A stretch of 64,000 nucleotides of DNA from assembly GCA_020137815.1 (NCBI GenBank), contig CM035354.1:7440001-7504000 (forward strand), in the 5' to 3' direction. Under the pieces are notes generated by a model that saw nothing but the letters and a program-made list of their open reading frames with translations, was not told where the DNA came from and searched no databases. Position 1 is the first letter of the stretch; each line of letters opens with the position of its first letter. The stretch comes from Hormiphora californensis (taxonomy: Eukaryota > Animalia > Ctenophora). This document shows positions 61,801-64,000 of the stretch, one piece after another. A program made the position numbers and the translations under genes.

Positions 61801-62153
61801 AAGTTACTCTAATCATCGTAACGGATTTAGTATGCTGGCTACCTATCCTAGTCACCTCATTCTGCCACATGACTGAGCTGGTAGATGCCACGCCCTACTA
61901 CGGCATCTTTTCTGTCATCGTCCTACCCATCAATTCCGTGCTAAACCCCCTGCTGTACAGCAATCACATATATGATTCCATCGAGAAAGTTACTGGATGG
62001 CTTGAAAAGCAGTTCGCTTCCTTGGCGTCACTGTTAACAATGTGCTGGTCACCGATAGTAATTGAAGGACAGCAACCAGAGAATATCGAAATGAGAAATC
62101 TGGGATCGAACACAGTGAATGTAACTTCCAACACATCGGTGTGTAGTGGTTAA
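58809..62153 (+). CDS. Rhodopsin-class GPCR with multiple LDL-receptor class A repeats (GRL101/LGR-type 7TM, no LRRs)
   Basis: CDG..DC..G.DE repeats, then a 7TM region (TDLVCWLP, LPINSVLNPLLY). Signal exon at 58809, small exon about 58943-59010, large exon from 59073 with frameshifts near 59330-59400. Confidence 0.85.
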
Positions 62154-63036
62154 CTACTCTCCTCGAATCCAGATGGTCCGGGGTTCAAATACCGGTCCTG
62201 ACGCAGCCGATATGTGAATTGAAGGGACTGGAAATGACATAATTATTGCATACACTATAACACAATCTTGGGGTGGCAACCGACTATACTGAAGAGATAC
62301 CGAAAGGACCGTATTATATATCCGGATATTTAGATTTGCTTTTAGTTATTTCTAAATGGAATCCTAACCAACAATAATAATAAGGCTCACTTGAATTGTT
62401 GTTTGGTTTTTCCTTTGCTTTGTTAGTTTGATAATATCGTTCGTTCGTAAGAGAGATTGGAGTGGCCAAAAGTTTATGAGGAGAATTAGAATGAAAAGGA
62501 TGATGATGTACTGGCGACCGGTACATCAGCATCCTTCTCATTCGTTTGTACGTGGGAGGATTATGAAATTCAATTTGAATGTTGATAAATTAAAATATTC
62601 GCCTTGTTTAATTTCATCATTATCATTTACCAACGAATTACCCGTTTACTTATCTTTGACAGCCGGGAGAAAAAAAAACTTAACTTCCTCATCAATCATA
62701 ATCTATCTCTATCTAGTTTCCTGACCCCGAAATACAGCGAATCATTAACAAAGCTTTCTAGGTAGTCCAGGGGTGTGAGGGAGGGGGCAGTCCACTTGGC
62801 CACGTAAATTGTTTTCTTGCCTCCTCTTTTTCGGGTTGGAAAATGGAAGCTTGTTCCTTGACCCTTCTTCCAGCGTACCGCTCGAAACCGAATAGAAAAT
62901 ACTCGGCAGACTCTCACCGTTTTCTCCGCCAGTGAGGGTAAGGCGTTGTCGTGAGCGACCCAGACGCTGCGCAAGGTTTGAAGCGGAAAAAAACACGAAG
63001 CCGGAAAAAGATGGGTGCCAAAAAAGTTGACTCACT

Positions 63037-64000
63037 AAATGTAAATGTAAATGTAAATGTAATATATGCATTTAATATACCACTTTCTAGTGTAAATAAT
63101 ACGGTGTCCGTATTGATAGCCAACGCTATACGAACACACACACTTCCTAAAGTGGTTATAAGACCAAAACACACGAACGTTCTACGTAAATATACGAAAC
63201 GAGTTAGTAACCCATTTTAATGATCCCGTTTTGAATGTAATATTTCCCATTTGGATCTTCCAGTCTAAGCCTCTTTACGGTTTCTACTAGTTGTTTTCGT
63301 TCCTTTTGTTGAACAGGAGTTAGATCCGGTGAGAAAAATACAGATGAAAAGTTTTCCGATTGTTTCAAGAGTTTTGCTTTCCTAAGAAGTGCTAACAGAG
63401 ATTCTCTGCTCTCCAGAGAGATAACCAGTGGTCTCGTTTTGGAACTTGAATCCAGTTTTTGGCCGACTCGTTTCATTGATTTAGTAACAGGTTTCTCATT
63501 TAACTCTTCGAATAGTTCTTTCACTGAGATTGAATCAACTCGGGTTGTAGACTCAGGTAAACCAAACACCACAAGGTTTTTAGCTCTATCAGGCTCCACC
63601 ACTGCATTGCTAGACGCTGAGCTCCGAGGGGTTGCTGCATTTTTCACTACCTTAGGAGTTAGGGGTGATCACAGAGCAGTTTTGACTCAAAACGGTAGAA
63701 TATGCTTTCATTTTAGCAACAGAACTGGACGCAGCCTCGAGATGGCGGTCTTGTAGAGCGATAATCTTCTTCTGTAGGTCAATTACAGAGATCCGATGCT
63801 TATCAAGTTCCTCCTTGTATTTCTGCATGCGCAGTTCAGCTTCTTTCACTTTACAATCCATGACATGCTGAGAATTCATATACCGATTTACAACACGTAT
63901 ACTGCTAACAATAGTCCTGTTACTCAGATTAATAACCTCCTCAATTTCTAAAAGGGGGTTAAAATGGGATTAGATAACAATATCAATATAAAAACACCGG
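63037..64000 (-). mobile_element. Second ORF1-only LINE-like element (frameshifted, 5' end beyond the window)
   Basis: KNLVVFGLPES...ELFEELNEKP...FSPDLTP is homologous to 31038-32000. (acattt)n tail at 63037-63062. Confidence 0.7.

Overview
Compact, intron-containing animal genomic DNA. It is probably ctenophore-like, an inference from the LRR-less LDLa-GPCR, nested intronic genes and unpaired acceptors before start codons. Frequent 1-2 nt frameshifts suggest an imperfectly polished assembly. Bases 1-30.8 kb are an uninterrupted minus-strand train of about 14 genes: RS-rich, U1/matrin-type zinc-finger and low-complexity proteins, a 5-member tandem family with a PDLYHSRF motif, and IMMP1L. Nearly every gene has a pyrimidine-tract/AG acceptor about 0-22 nt before its ATG and spacers as short as about 110 bp, which points to an SL trans-spliced operon or a shared 5' exon. 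A second co-oriented set (stand-alone MoaC, ISCA2, SART3, TTC16-like) has the same signature. SART3 hosts three antisense nested genes, a 1.35-kb foldback element, and a 30-bp minisatellite made from its own exon-4 end plus 5' splice site. Also present: ABHD8-like, a B4GALNT-like glycosyltransferase, an LDLa-GPCR preceded by an AP-1-motif array, two ORF1-only LINE-like elements and several MITEs.
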